DNA of 64,000 nt from Malacoraja senta (GCA_038087875.1 CM075989.1:1798001-1862000), one strand, 5' to 3'. Shown: positions 1-11,700, numbered from the stretch's first letter. Translations and numbers: made by a program. The notes: a model not told the origin generated them from the letters alone.

Positions 1-4
1 AGAT

Positions 5-1396
5 GTGAAATGGACGTGGGGAAAGGAACAGCAACGTGCATTTGACATCTGCAAGGAAAACTTGACAATTGACAAATTCCTTGTTCACTACGACACAACA
101 CGTGAGATGAAGCTTGCTTGTGATGCTTCAAGTTATGGTGTAGATGCAGTGATCTCCCACGTAATGAATGACGGACAGGAAAAGCCTATTGCTTTTGCAT
201 CCCGCACCCTATCACCAAGTGAACGCAACTATGCACAAATAGAAAAGGAAGCACTCAGCATCGTGTTCGGAATCAAGAAATTCCATCAGTCTCTTCTCGG
301 CAGACCATTCACCCTCGTGACTGATCACAAGCCACTACTAGTGATACTGGGTCCCAAGTCAGCTATACCTTCCATGGCGGCATCAAGGATGCAGCGTTGG
401 GCAATTTTGCTGTCCCAGTATGACTACAAGGTAGAGTACAGAAGCTCCAAGTGCAACTGCAGTTGCAGATGCGTTGTCCCGTTGCCCCATGAGAACTCTG
501 ACGTGGTAAGTGAGAACTCAATCTACACAATGCAAGTGGTAGATGAAGACTTTCCAGTGACTGCAACATAAATTGCAGCAGAAACAGAGAAAGACAATGT
601 GCTGAAGTGGGTCTATGAACAAACATTGAACGGTCGGACTGAAATCGATTGTGGATTGAACTCAGTTCTGAACTCAGAGCTGAAGCCTTTCCATAATCGA
701 TGCCATGAATTATCATGTGAGCAGGGATGTGTTAAGTGGGGTTACAGAGTGGTTGTACCAGAGTCTTTGAGAAACAAAATTATGAACGAACTTCATGCTG
801 AACATCCTGGTATAGTAAGCATGAAGTCAATTGCCAGAAGTTTTGTGTATTGGCCTGGTATTGACAGTGACATCGAGTCACTGGTGAGCAAATGTAGTGT
901 CTGCCAAAATTGCCAGAGTAAACCACCAAAAACACCACCCTGGTCATGGCCAAGTAGACATTTTCAGAGAGTTCATGTAGACTTTTGTGAAAAGGGTAAT
1001 GATCACTTTCTGGTGCTGGTAGATAGTCATTCCAAATGGATTAAGGTTAAACATATGGGGTCAAGCACTACTACTGAGTGTACCATAGATGAGTTGAGAT
1101 CCATTTTTGCATGCCATGGTTTACCGGAAGAACTTGTTTCTGATAATGGGCCTCAGTTTCGTTCAGAATGGTCCAAAGAGTTCATGCAGCGGAATGGTGT
1201 AAAACACACACTTGTTCCCCCATACCATCCAGCCTCCAACGGGGCGGAGGAAAGGTCTGGTAGAGTTGTCAATGATGCTCTCATGAAGCAGGTTTTGCAG
1301 GGTAGTTCAAAGCTCAGCATGAAACATCGTTTGGCTAGTTTCTTGCTGAAGTACAGAACCACACCACACTCAACAACGGGTTACTCACCTGCATAA
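5..1396 (+). pseudogene. Gypsy pol remnant (RNase H + integrase), frameshifted and stopped
   Basis: Motifs as above. The reading frame breaks near 455-475 (the ADALSRL motif is out of frame) and stops at 1396. Confidence 0.9.
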
Positions 1397-2597
1397 CTGT
1401 TGATGAAGAGAAGGCTAAGAATACGCCTAAGTCTAGTTCAACCCAATTTGGCCTTGAGAGTTGAGCAAAAACAGTTGTCAAAAATGCCATTTTGACTCCC
1501 ACAAAAAGGAGAGGTACTTCAAGCCAGATGAGCAGGTTCATATTCTCAGTCCTCCCAACAAGTCCAGTTGAGACAAATGGGATGTTGGGGAAATGGTGGA
1601 AGCATGTGGAACAAAAAGATACTGTTGAAGTTGGAAATAGGATCAAAAGTGTTCATGTTGATCAAATGATTCCAGCCAAAGATGAACCAAAAACTGAGCA
1701 CAAAGTCCTAATCCCTGATTTTCATCTGAAAGTGAGTTGGAAGAGACCACTGTGATTGAAACACAAAGTTCAGTTAGTACAGACAAAGAAACAGATTCCT
1801 CTGGTCAAAGTCAGGGTACTAAAACAGAGACAAACAAGCCTACAGTTGAGTCAACACCGAAACCTGTTACACCTGTTACTGTTAGATGATCAGGCAGGAT
1901 CTGTAAACCAGTAGTCAGGTTAGGGTTGTAAGTTAAATAACTCACTGCACAAGTAAAACAAAAATGTGTAGATATGTAAAATAAATATATTATGCTTATC
2001 ATTTAAGATTTCATGAATACTGGTTTAAATCAAGTAACACAACAACAAAATAGTAAGATTAAACGAGCTTACCAGTTTGAAGTTTGATCTTTATTTTATG
2101 AGGTGTTATGATGAGCGATTACGTGAAGAACCCCGCCAGTCCGCATGCGTGTCAATCTTCAAAGCAGCGGTGTGAAATTGCAGGTAGCAGTAATTGAAGT
2201 AACATAGTAAGATTAGAAACCTAGAACTACCAGATGACCTTTGTGATATGAGGGTTGGGAGCGGTAGGCACGTAATCACTCATTGTAACTCCTCATAAAA
2301 TAAAGATCAAACTTCAAACTGGTAAGTTCTCATTTAATCTTACTATTTTACTTCGGAGTCACGTGAGTGATTCCGTGAAGGTTTCAAAGCTCTGTGATTT
2401 CATGCCGTAGATACGAATCCAGGCGTCTCACTGCATCAATTGACTCAGGATGAGTGAATAATAAACAATTCATTGAACCATGGCATTGATTTGAATCTGT
2501 TAATGGTTTATTTAACAAACAAAAACAATAGCGACCCCTCTCTCCCAGGGGGAAGCTATGAAACAGAACTTAAAATAGAATGGGCAAATACCCCCAG

Positions 2598-3539
2598 TTA
2601 GGTAAGCGGTTTGTTATAGAATCTTTGAAAAGTCAGTTCATTTGACCATCCTGCGGCCGCGAGGATATGGTCGAGGGGGACGTCCATTGCCCTCGCTGCT
2701 GACGTTGACGCCGTCCTGGTGGAGTGAGATTTAAAATTGTCAATGTCTACTCCTGCACAAACCAGAACCTGTTTCAGCCATCTTGAAATGGTCTGTACCG
2801 ACACTTTCATATGCGGCTTTTTGTGGCTAATAAATAATGCTGATTCCGAACATCTGAGGCTCTTGGTGACCTTGATATAATATTGCAAGTGCGAAACTAC
2901 ACACAGTCGTAAATCCGTGGGGTATGCTGAAAAAATAAGCTTGAACCCTGACACCCCTGGTCTGCTTTGCTTAATTAAATCATAAATGTAAAACGTAATG
3001 TTATTTCCAGATGATACCATCCTGTCCAGTAGCAGCTTCTGCAACGTCTGGACCTGTTGCGCTGAAACCAGCGCCATGAGCATGACCACCTTAAGTGTGA
3101 TTTTGGGCAAAGACAGGGATGTGGCTGGAGCCCACTGGCGAAGCAGCGTAAGTACCACGCTCACATCCCAGATTTCAAAATACCTGGGCCTGGGGGGATT
3201 GGAATTAAAAATACCCTTCATAAACCGGGATATTAAAGGGTGAGATCCAACAGAATGTTGTTCCGACCCCAGCCATAAGTATGATGACAGGGCACTCCTG
3301 GCACTATTGATGGCACTATAGCTCAACCCTTCATCAAAATATAGCGTTGACAGGAACTCTAGCACATCTGAGATGCATGCCGTGTGATATGTTATGTTCC
3401 CCCGTAAGCAGAACACCTCCCATTTCCTGACATGAGAGATGTACTGTTTTTTGCTACTATCCCTCCAGGCCGCAGTGATCACATCCACCGTATGATCAGA
3501 TAGTCTAAGCCCCAGGAATGGCCTCCTCAGAATCTGCAA
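2598..3539 (-). CDS. DIRS1 tyrosine recombinase (open frame; the first catalytic Arg appears to be replaced by Gln)
   Basis: Core-binding domain (WRDSSKKQY...LSYSAINSARSALS). Catalytic region SAQ[Q]VQTL, HSTRTAS, AAGWS..TFQRFY. Confidence 0.9.
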   Translation of the reverse strand: MQILRRPFLGLRLSDHTVDVITAAWRDSSKKQYISHVRKWEVFCLRGNITYHTACISDVLEFLSTLYFDEGLSYSAINSARSALSSYLWLGSEQHSVGSHPLISRFMKGIFNSNPPRPRYFEIWDVSVVLTLLRQWAPATSLSLPKITLKVVMLMALVSAQQVQTLQKLLLDRMVSSGNNITFYIYDLIKQSRPGVSGFKLIFSAYPTDLRLCVVSHLQYYIKVTKSLRCSESALFISHKKPHMKVSVQTISRWLKQVLVCAGVDIDNFKSHSTRTASTSAARAMDVPLDHILAAAGWSNELTFQRFYNKPLT

Positions 3540-5546
3540 ATTAATAGATCAATACGGTCATGTAATGGATGTTGATCCCCAGTTACAGGGTGCACCAGTA
3601 GGTCACTACGTTTCAGGACAGTCATAATAGGCTGTGTTATTATCTCCAAAACGAGAGGGAACCATGACTGTGTAGGCCAGTCAGGTATCACCAAAACTCC
3701 TGAGGCGGAGTCCTGCTTGATCTTGAGCAAGCACTGACTGATGAGGCAAAATGGGGGAAGTGCATATAAAATCATTCCACCCCAGTGTAGCGAGAATGCA
3801 TCTACCGCTACTGCCCCTGGGTCTGGTTCCCATGAAACATACTTAGGTAACTGGTGATTAAGTCTGGATGCAAACAAATCAAGATCTGGCATCCCATTCC
3901 GAACAACAATATCATTAAATACATCATGATTCAACATCCATTCTGTGTTGTCATTGAATTTGCATGACCTGGTGTCTGCCACCATGTCGAATCTACCTGG
4001 TAGGTAGATAGCTGAACCAAATGTTTCTTGTAATACACCAGTGCCAAATAAGATTAGCCAATCTATCACAAGATTCCGACTTGATTCCACCCATGTGATT
4101 AACATACGCCACTGCTGTAGAGTTGTCAATCTGAAGCTGAACATGCAAGTGACGCTTAGTAGTACAATAAGCCTTAAGCCCATAAAATGCTCCCAATAGC
4201 TCTAAATAGTTAATCCCATGTGATTGAAGAATAAATGCCTCATGCATATTCCATCTGCTTCCACAGCTAGAGATAGTACCAGTAGCACCCCAACCTCGGG
4301 CACTAACATCAGTCTGTAAGACAACTGAAGGTTCTTCAACCAGAATTTTGCTGGAGCAACTTGAGATGTTCATTATCCACCACTGCACTTCAGCAATGGC
4401 TTCAGCTGGTAATTGCATGGGCCTGTTGAAATGACCTGCATGTATCTTGAGTGCCTGCTCCTTTGCACGTTGTAAATTTTGGTAATGTAAAGGTCCATGC
4501 TGTGTAGCTGGAAAGGCAGCCACTAATTTGCCAATCAAGCTGGCCACATGTCTAATTGAAGGTTGTTGCTCCACCATGAGCTTGTTACAGCCTTCAATTA
4601 AATCTAATCTCTTGCCCCTGGGCAGAGTCACTGACATGTGAGTTGAGTTAATAGTGAATCCCAAATAATCAATAACTCTAACTGGTATCAATTTGGATTT
4701 AACTGGATGAATGAGAAACCCCAATCTCTCAAACATGAGTTTAACAACTGAAACAGATAATTCAGCTGCTTCCCAAGTCTTCCCTACGATTAAGATATCA
4801 TCCAACTAAGCCAGTACAATATGACGCTGAGCCTGGAGTAGCCCCAGTACTGGTTTTAACAGTTTTGTAAATAATCTAGGGGCCGAGGTTAACCCATTAG
4901 GCAGTGCTTTAAATTGCCATAATTGCCTCATCCAACTAAATTTCAAATATCTCCGATGATCCCTATGAACAGGCACTGAATAATATGCATCCTTAAGATC
5001 TATACATGCCATATAACATCCTCTAGAAATCAGTTGTTTTACAGTAACAAATGTTTCCATTTTGAAATGTTTATACTGCACAAAAGGATTAAGGCTCGTC
5101 AAGTCAAGGATGATTCGACAACCCCCATCCTTCTTTGACCTAGGAAAAATATTAGACACAAATTGGTGAGGTTAATAAACTGCCTTCTCAATTACCCCTT
5201 TTTTATATAACTTTTCAATTTCAGCTTGAACCTCCAAATTCTCTTTTTGTGAGAAAATGAGTGCCCGACTTGGTGTATGCTGTGTGGGTGGACGCAAATT
5301 GGGAAGGAATTCAATTCGAAACCCTTGTATACTGTGCAGTATAAACAAATCTGATGTTATCCCATACCATTCCTTCATAAACCAGTGTAATCTCCCCCCA
5401 ACTTGTAGGTGATTCCCGCTTAATATGTTCCGACAAGAACCAGACACACCTACCTCCATGGTTACCGGTGGGATTTTCTGTCCCCTGTTTCTGGTGGGAA
5501 AGGACATGTTCGCCCATGCCCCTGTTGGAGTGCACCAGCTGCGCAT
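3527..5546 (-). pseudogene. DIRS1 RT / RNase H / adenine-methyltransferase-like ORF, disrupted
   Basis: RT: IFPRSKKDGGCRIILDL, IDLKDAYYSVP, LPNGLTSAPRLFTK, *LDDIL (the YxDD tyrosine is mutated to a stop). RNase H: TDVSARGWGA, INYLELL, DNSTAVAYVN. MT-like: DLFASRLNHQ, YALPPF, PDWPTQSWFP. Confidence 0.9.
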
Positions 5547-5609
5547 ATTTGTGAATGGCCGGCTTGGTCCTTGACCTGACCCGGTTTCAGCAAACTGTTT
5601 GTAGGGATA

Positions 5610-6687
5610 CTACCGCCAAAGCGTTCTGCTAGTCATCGGTGCTTTGATGAGTCCGACCGTTCTTGCCTCGTCGTCCAGCTCCTTGACCCTTTTTGCGAGG
5701 TCTTCACCAAACAGCAGATTCGGTGGCTGGACATTGTTGGGTTTGCACAGAGCGGCGAAGTTTGGGTTGATGGTAGGGCGGATGGCGCTCTTTCTCAGAC
5801 AATTTATCTCGAAGTGTGCATTGCACATGAGGGCCAGGGCATCCTGCTGTACATCAGACAGGTGCCCTCCATCCACCGACCTGGCGAACGCTGTAATGCC
5901 CGAGGCGAGCAGCTTCAGCATCCTCTGAAGCCCCATTTCCTGAGCTCTGATGCCTACGCCCATATGACCCCAGATGGCGTGGTTCACAGCCGGCACTTTG
6001 AGCAGGACACAATTAGCCGGAGTCTGATACTTTTTGGCCGTTTCATCCATAGTAAGCTCTTGAAGCTGGTGTGAAGCCAAGTAATTAATACTTGCGGCCA
6101 ACTCTTCACCCAGCGGTTCTCCTGAGTCTGTTGGGATTGGCAAACCTTGCTGCCAGGAATGGTACCTCTGACTCGTGCCCTTCATCCCTTGGGGTATGCT
6201 CCATGGCTAAACCCACAGACTCGGCATCAGAATCATACTGAGCCGGCATGCTCTCCTCCTCCAAGAGGGAGACATTAAGCAGCCCTGAAACAGGTGTCGC
6301 TGGCGCGGGCTCTCGAAGAGGCCGGCGCTGACTCAACTCCTCCTGTTGGAGTGTATCTTGGTGGAGCATCCTCTCCATTAGGAGCTCCATCCTGGACAAC
6401 CGTCCAAATATGATATCCATTATCGGAGGGGAATCCTCCCGGCCCGACTTGTCCGAGTCCACTGGCCGTGCAGACGTTTTAGTGGCTTTCCTCCCCAAAG
6501 GTGCAGCCACGGTGCTCTCAGACACCAAGTCTGCAGTCGCTGGTCGTACCGCTAGCGACTCGGTAGGTGAGCTAGGCGGCCGCCCGCTACCCGGTCTTCC
6601 ATAGCTACTCTCCCGGCGGCTCGCCTTGACTTCACCCTCGACGCTTTCTCCATACTCGAACTTGCTCCTCAAAACAAGAATTACCAA
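5610..6687 (-). pseudogene. DIRS1 gag-like ORF1 (frameshift near 6110-6185)
   Basis: ORFs 6106-6687 and 5610-6185. The GEELAASINY...LKVPAVN..IW...LFGEDL segment is homologous to copy B (18752-19597). Confidence 0.75.
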
Positions 6688-6877
6688 GCGCAGAAAATGA
6701 CCTCCGACTAAGTTTTACACTTACCTGAGGGTTTTTTAAACTTACTGCTGGAGGAGCGATGCTCAGACGTAATGACACGCATGCGAACTGGCGGGTTCTT
6801 CACGGAATCACTCACGTGACTCCGAAGTAAAATTGTAACTGTGTACTTAGATTTAATACTTTAAAAAAGGAGAGCAG

Positions 6878-7023
6878 TGTAATGTATTCATGCATATTCG
6901 TGTATATGTTAATGAGTTGGTGTTGTATATAAGCAGGGAATGTTGGGTAATAAATCTCTCTCTCTCATGATCCAGGCAACCTGCGTGTAAGTTGTTATTC
7001 ATTCTGCCGTCCGGAATATAACA
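6878..7023 (+). repeat. Probable 3' LTR of the Gypsy element (146 bp)
   Basis: Starts TGTAAT directly after the polypurine tract, ends ATAACA, and contains TATATAA and AATAAA. The 5' LTR lies outside the window, so it cannot be compared. Confidence 0.7.
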
Positions 7024-7439
7024 ATGATGAATGGTTGGGAATGGCTGGTACCTGGTCATTCTGGCAACATGGTTAGAGTAGTGTTTAAAGCCATCATGGC
7101 TTCATCGGAAAACATGATTACTAGGCTGAAGCAACACAAGGCAGATTCCAGAAAAAAATAGAAAGGCTGTCAGCAGGTCGGGCAGCATCGATGGAGAGAG
7201 AAAGAGTTAATGGTTAATCAGAACTGGACATGATTAGTACCAAGCATCTGTCTGATCAGATGAGGCACTTTGCAATTCTTCAGCTTGGGGCTGAAACATC
7301 AGCTGGAGTTTAATGAGAGACCTGATGAGTCCTTACACTGGATAAATAGATTCCACGCTGTAACTCAACTAGTAAAGGCACAGGTGAAGTGTGCTCGAGT
7401 GCGTGTGTGAATGTCGGTGTTTAGTTTTGTTTAGAAAGT

Positions 7440-7768
7440 GTGTGTGTGGGTGGGTGCTTGTATGCGTATGGGTGCTGAGGTGTGTGCTGAATTGTGCGTG
7501 TATGTGTGCTGTTGGTATGTGTGTTGTGGCGTGTATGGGTGCTGGTGTGTGTATGTGTGCTGGTGTTTGTGTGTGCAGGTGTATGTGGGTGTGGGTGTGT
7601 GTGGTGAGTGTGCTGGGGTGGGTGTGTCTGCAGGTGAGTGTGCAGGGGTGTGTGTGTGCGCGCTGGTGTATGTGTGCTGGTGTGTGTGGGCCGGTGGGTG
7701 TATGTGTGTATGTGTGCTGGTGTATTTGTGTATGTGTGCTGGTGTATGTGTGTGGGCGGGTGGGTTCG

Positions 7769-7833
<65 letters not shown>

Positions 7834-7860
7834 TGAGTGAGTGAGTGTGTGTGTGAGTGA
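7440..7860. repeat. GT-rich compound microsatellite
   Basis: Imperfect then perfect (GT)n, followed by (GAGT)n. Confidence 0.95.
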
Positions 7861-8467
7861 TGTGGCATTGTGTTTAAATTGTCTCGTTACTAAGTCCTGT
7901 GGTTTTCTGAGTCCATTAGTATCCTGTGCTATTATTTTAATTCCCAATATTTTTCAGTAGATTTTATGATAGACATAATAAATGAATTGGCTGTTTGAGA
8001 TGATCCAGTTTAGCAAAACATATTATACAGCACCTTATTATGTTGAAACATCTTAAGGTACTTGATGTAATTAATTAATTGGCAGTGAAGTGAGAGTTAT
8101 GTTGGCAGTCTGTAATGTATCACCTCCTCAGTGATTAATGACCTGCTAATCTACTGTATTTTACTCAGTGTTGGTTGAGAGAATATTGTCCAAAGTATTG
8201 TGATAGACTTTTCAGAATCATTTCTACAGATATATAAAGTTTACAAACCAGTGGAACACGTGGGCAAGCCTTGGGTCAAGAGGCACTGAGGTTCACGTGA
8301 ACTCCACCTGCCTTAAACTGTTTAATAACCCTTGTTGAACAGGTTCAATTGTGTTATTCAAATGAGTTCATTATTCTTGGAGTAATTCAGACACCAATAG
8401 AGCAATAATTAGAGTCATATGGTCACGCAGCACAGAAACATGCCCATCGGCCCAACTAGCCCAAGAT

Positions 8468-9318
8468 GGGGGCGCTGTCCTGAACGGCTGCCGGTCCTGC
8501 AGCTGTCCGTTTTTTTTCACTTCTTTTTTATTATTTTTAGTACGTTAAAGTGTGTAGTGGGGGTCTAATCTTTTTATGTGTGGGGGGGTGGTGGGGGAGA
8601 AGAGGGTAACTGCTTTTTCAAGTCCCTACCTGGTCGGAGAGGCTGCTTTCCTCCGAGCAGCACCTTCAACCCGTCCTCGCGGCCTTCCAGCGGGGCCTGG
8701 AGCGGCGTTTCCTGAGGGGACCTGGCCAGAACCTCGGCTTCGGCGGCGGCACAGCACTGGAGCGCTATCGCGGAGTGGGCGATGCCTTGTCTGGGTCGCC
8801 ACGCTGGAACCGCCGATAAAAACATCGCGGAGCCGCGGGTCTGTGGAGCGGCCAGCTGCGGGGACCGCCGATAAAAACATCGCGGAGCCGCGGGGATGTG
8901 GAGCGGCCAGCTGCGGGCGGCAGCGCTGACTTTAACATCGCGGAGCCTGGGATCTCTCGCCGAGATCGCCAGTATGTGGAGCTCCGTCCAGAGCGGCCTC
9001 TTGGCTTGGAAGCCGCGGTCTCCGGTAAGAAGGCGGCCGTTCCTGGCACCCCAAGCCGCTGAGAGGGTTCTCCCGATGCCGGAGTACCATCACCCGGCGA
9101 GAACGGCCAGGAACATCGGGCCTCCGTGAAGGCGACTGCGGAGGCCTCAATAGGCCCGACTATGGGTGGACATGGGGATGGGGACTGGACTTTGTGCCTT
9201 ATGTTTTTATGTTTTAATGTTAAACTTCTTAAATGCTATGTTGTATTTTTATTAGTGTGCTGCAAGGACATCTGAATTTCCCCTGAATAAGGGGATTAAT
9301 AAAGTAAAATCAAATCAA
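8468..9318 (+). mobile_element. CpG-rich non-coding retroposon with Rex1/Babar-like 3' tail, inserted in a CR1 3' end
   Basis: GGCGC...CTGCAGCTGTCCG-T-rich head, GC-rich body with repeated AACATCGCGGAGC, tail GAATTTCCCC...GGGGATTAATAAAGT-(AAATC)n. The CR1 3' end sequence resumes on both sides. Confidence 0.6.
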
Positions 9319-9375
9319 ATGCCCCATCTACACTGGTCCCACCTGCCTGCGTTTGGCCCATTCCCTTCTGAACCT

Positions 9376-11013
9376 GCCCCCTCGACACTGTCCCCTCTGC
9401 CCTCCTAAAGGACGTCATTACAACAGCCGGTCCCAGCATCCTCGCCATCTTCAACAGCTCTCTGGCCACTGGCACTGTACCTACCTGCTTCAAGCATGCG
9501 GTGGTCCAGCCACTCCTGAAAAACCCCAACCTCGACCCCACTTTGCCAAGCAACTACAGACAAATTTCTAAACTGCCTTTCCTCTCAAAAGCCCTTGAAA
9601 AGGTAATTTTATGTCAACTTATACCTTACCTTCACCAAAACACTATCTTGGAAACTTTCCAATCAGGTTTCAGGGCTCACCATAGCACAGAGTCTGCCTT
9701 GTTGAAGGTACACAATGACCTACTGCTCACCGTTGACTCCGGCGACTGTGCAATTCTGCTCCTTCTTGACCTCAGTGCAGCATTTGATACTGTCGACCAC
9801 ACCATCCTAATTGACCGTCTCCGGTATGGGGTTGGTATTGATGGCACTGCCCTGAGCTGGTTCATCTCCTACCTCAATGGTAGGAGTTTCTCGACTAACA
9901 TAGGCAACTCATTCTCCTCCCCAGCTAATCTCTGCTGTGGGGTTCCACAAGGTTCCATCCTTGGCCCCATTCTCTTCTCCCTGTATATGCTCCCCTTAGG
10001 CCAAGTCATTGAAAGGCACGGCATTTCCTTCCATTGCTACGCAGACGATACACAACTCTATCTCCCACTGAAGCCCAAAAACCAATCAAATCTGTTTAAC
10101 CTTACCCACTGCCTCGAGGATATAAAGTGTTGGATGGCCCAGAACTTCTTCCAACTAAATAAGAGTAAGTCTGAGGTCATCCTTCTCGGCCCCTCGCACT
10201 CAATCAAAATGATAGCCGGCAGCCTTGGAAGCCTTACCCCACTACTCAAACCTCATGTCAAAAACCTTGGCGTGATATTTGACTCAGCACTGAAATTTGA
10301 CAAACAAGTCAATGCCGTGGTAAAAGCTAGCTTCTTTCAGCTTCGGACGATAGCTAAAATAAAACAATTCCTCCAGTTTGATGACCTGGAAAAGATCATC
10401 CACACATTCATCTCCTCCTGCCTAGATTACTGCAACTCCCTTTACACTGGCATCAGCCAATCTTCCCTGTCCCGCCTGCAACTGGTCCAAAACGCCGCAG
10501 CGAGACTCCTGATGGGCACCCGAAAAAGGGACCACATCACCCCGATCCTGGCCTCTCTCCACTGGCTCCCTGTGCGGTTCCGTATAAACTTCAAGATCCT
10601 CCTCCATGTCTACAAAGCCCTCAATGGGCTTGCCCCCACCTACATAAAAAGTCTTCTCACCCACCACTCCACCTCCAGGCCCCTCAGATCGGCCGACTTG
10701 GGGTTGCTGAATATCCCACGGTCTAGGCATAAGCTCAGGGGCGACCGCGCCTTTGCGGTTGCAGCCCCTAGACTGTGGAACAGCATCCCCTTTCCCATCA
10801 GAACCGCCCCCTCCATCGACTCTTTTAAGTCAAGACTAAAGACTTATCTATAATCCCAAGCCTTTCCTGACGTCCTCTGAGTGAGGGCTACATGTATATA
10901 TGTATGTAGTTTGTTTCGTTGTGCTATTCGTATAACAAATGTAAAGCACTTTGGCCAACGAGAGTTGTTTTTTAAATGTGCTATATAAATAAATGTGACT
11001 TGACTTGACTTGA
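9376..11013 (+). mobile_element. 5'-truncated L2-clade LINE with an open RT frame
   Basis: ORF 9501-10853 (NYRQISKLPFLSK, QSGFR, LDLSAAFDTVDH, GVPQGSILGP, YADDTQLY, LHWLPV). Tail GCTATATAAATAAA-(GACTT)n. Target-site duplication (TSD) CTGAACCT at 9368-9375 and 11014-11021. Confidence 0.92.
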
Positions 11014-11194
11014 CTGAACCTTTCCTATCAGTGTTCCTGTCCAAATGTCTTTTAAATATTGTTATGTCACCGGCTTCAGCTAGCTCCTCTGGCAGCTCAT
11101 TCCATACACCCGCCACCCTCTGTGCCAATTGATATGGTAATACAAAGAACTCATACCAGTTGTCTTTCTGCAGAATCAAGGTTGTCCCAATCAA

Positions 11195-11365
11195 TGTGTA
11201 GGAAGGAACTGCAGATACAGGTTTAAACCAAAGATAGACCCAAAAAGCTGGCGTAACTCAGCAGGACAGGCATCATCTCTGGAGAGAAGGAATGGGTAAT
11301 GTTTCGGGTTGTTTCGGTGCCTGAAGAAGGGTCTCGACCCGAAACGTCACCCATTACTTCTCTGT
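11195..11365. mobile_element. Penelope-like terminal (pLTR) fragments in inverted arrangement
   Basis: Minus-strand GGAACTGCAGAT...GCTGG...CTCAGC tail joined to plus-strand CTGAAGAAGGGTCTCGACCCGAAACGTC, homologous to the 3' end of the PLE at 30961-31054. Confidence 0.7.
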
Positions 11366-11700
11366 GTTCGGCAAAACAACCGCTGAGTCTAAGCTTGGTC
11401 TCGCCCCTCACACAATCTGAAAGTATAGCACCTCATATTCCGCTTGAGGAACTTACAATCAATGGTATGAACATTCAATTATCCAATTTTAGGTAATAAT
11501 CTAACTTCATCCCCCTCACTCACACCCTTTTTATCTGCCTCTACTCCCCGTGCCACACCCAATGGCACATTTTCTTCCCACTTTCTCGCTCCGCTCCATC
11601 CCCTTTTCCCGTCCTCTTCCACCCACACCATGTCCTCTGGTTTGACATTCACCCACCTATCTCAGTCCCCCCCCTTCCCCTTCTCCCCATCCCTTCCTCT

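Larger units (their letters stand above)
2047..6833 (-). mobile_element. Structurally complete DIRS1-type tyrosine-recombinase retrotransposon (copy A)
   Basis: ORF order gag, RT/RNase H, methyltransferase-like, YR. Inverted terminal repeats (about 2121-2153 vs 6773-6804). Internal complementary region at about 2269-2380 is complementary to both outer ends. Confidence 0.95.
1..7023 (+). mobile_element. Ty3/Gypsy LTR retrotransposon, 3' part (degenerate), interrupted by a DIRS1 element at 2047-6833
   Basis: ORFs 5-571 (RNase H: LACDASSYG, PIAFASRTLS, NYAQIEKEAL, LVTDHKPL) and 599-1396 (integrase: H-x3-HPG zinc finger, RVHVDF, VSDNGPQF, PYHPASNG). After the DIRS insert, a polypurine tract AAAAAAGGAGAGCAG precedes TGTAAT...ATAACA. 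Confidence 0.9.

Noticed and set aside
7369..7947. His/Thr- or Cys/Val-rich ORFs here and at 33122-33699 and 43150-43939
   Set aside because: They are translations of (CA)n/(GT)n microsatellites.
8620..8633. CCTACCTGG as a U1 snRNA-derived head
   Set aside because: The match is too short and the downstream U1 sequence is absent.
8574..9150. GC-rich ORFs / CpG island promoter here and at 13644-14078 and 52246-52813
   Set aside because: Overlapping ORFs on both strands reflect high GC content. The regions have retroposon tails and interrupt other repeats, so they are not host promoters.
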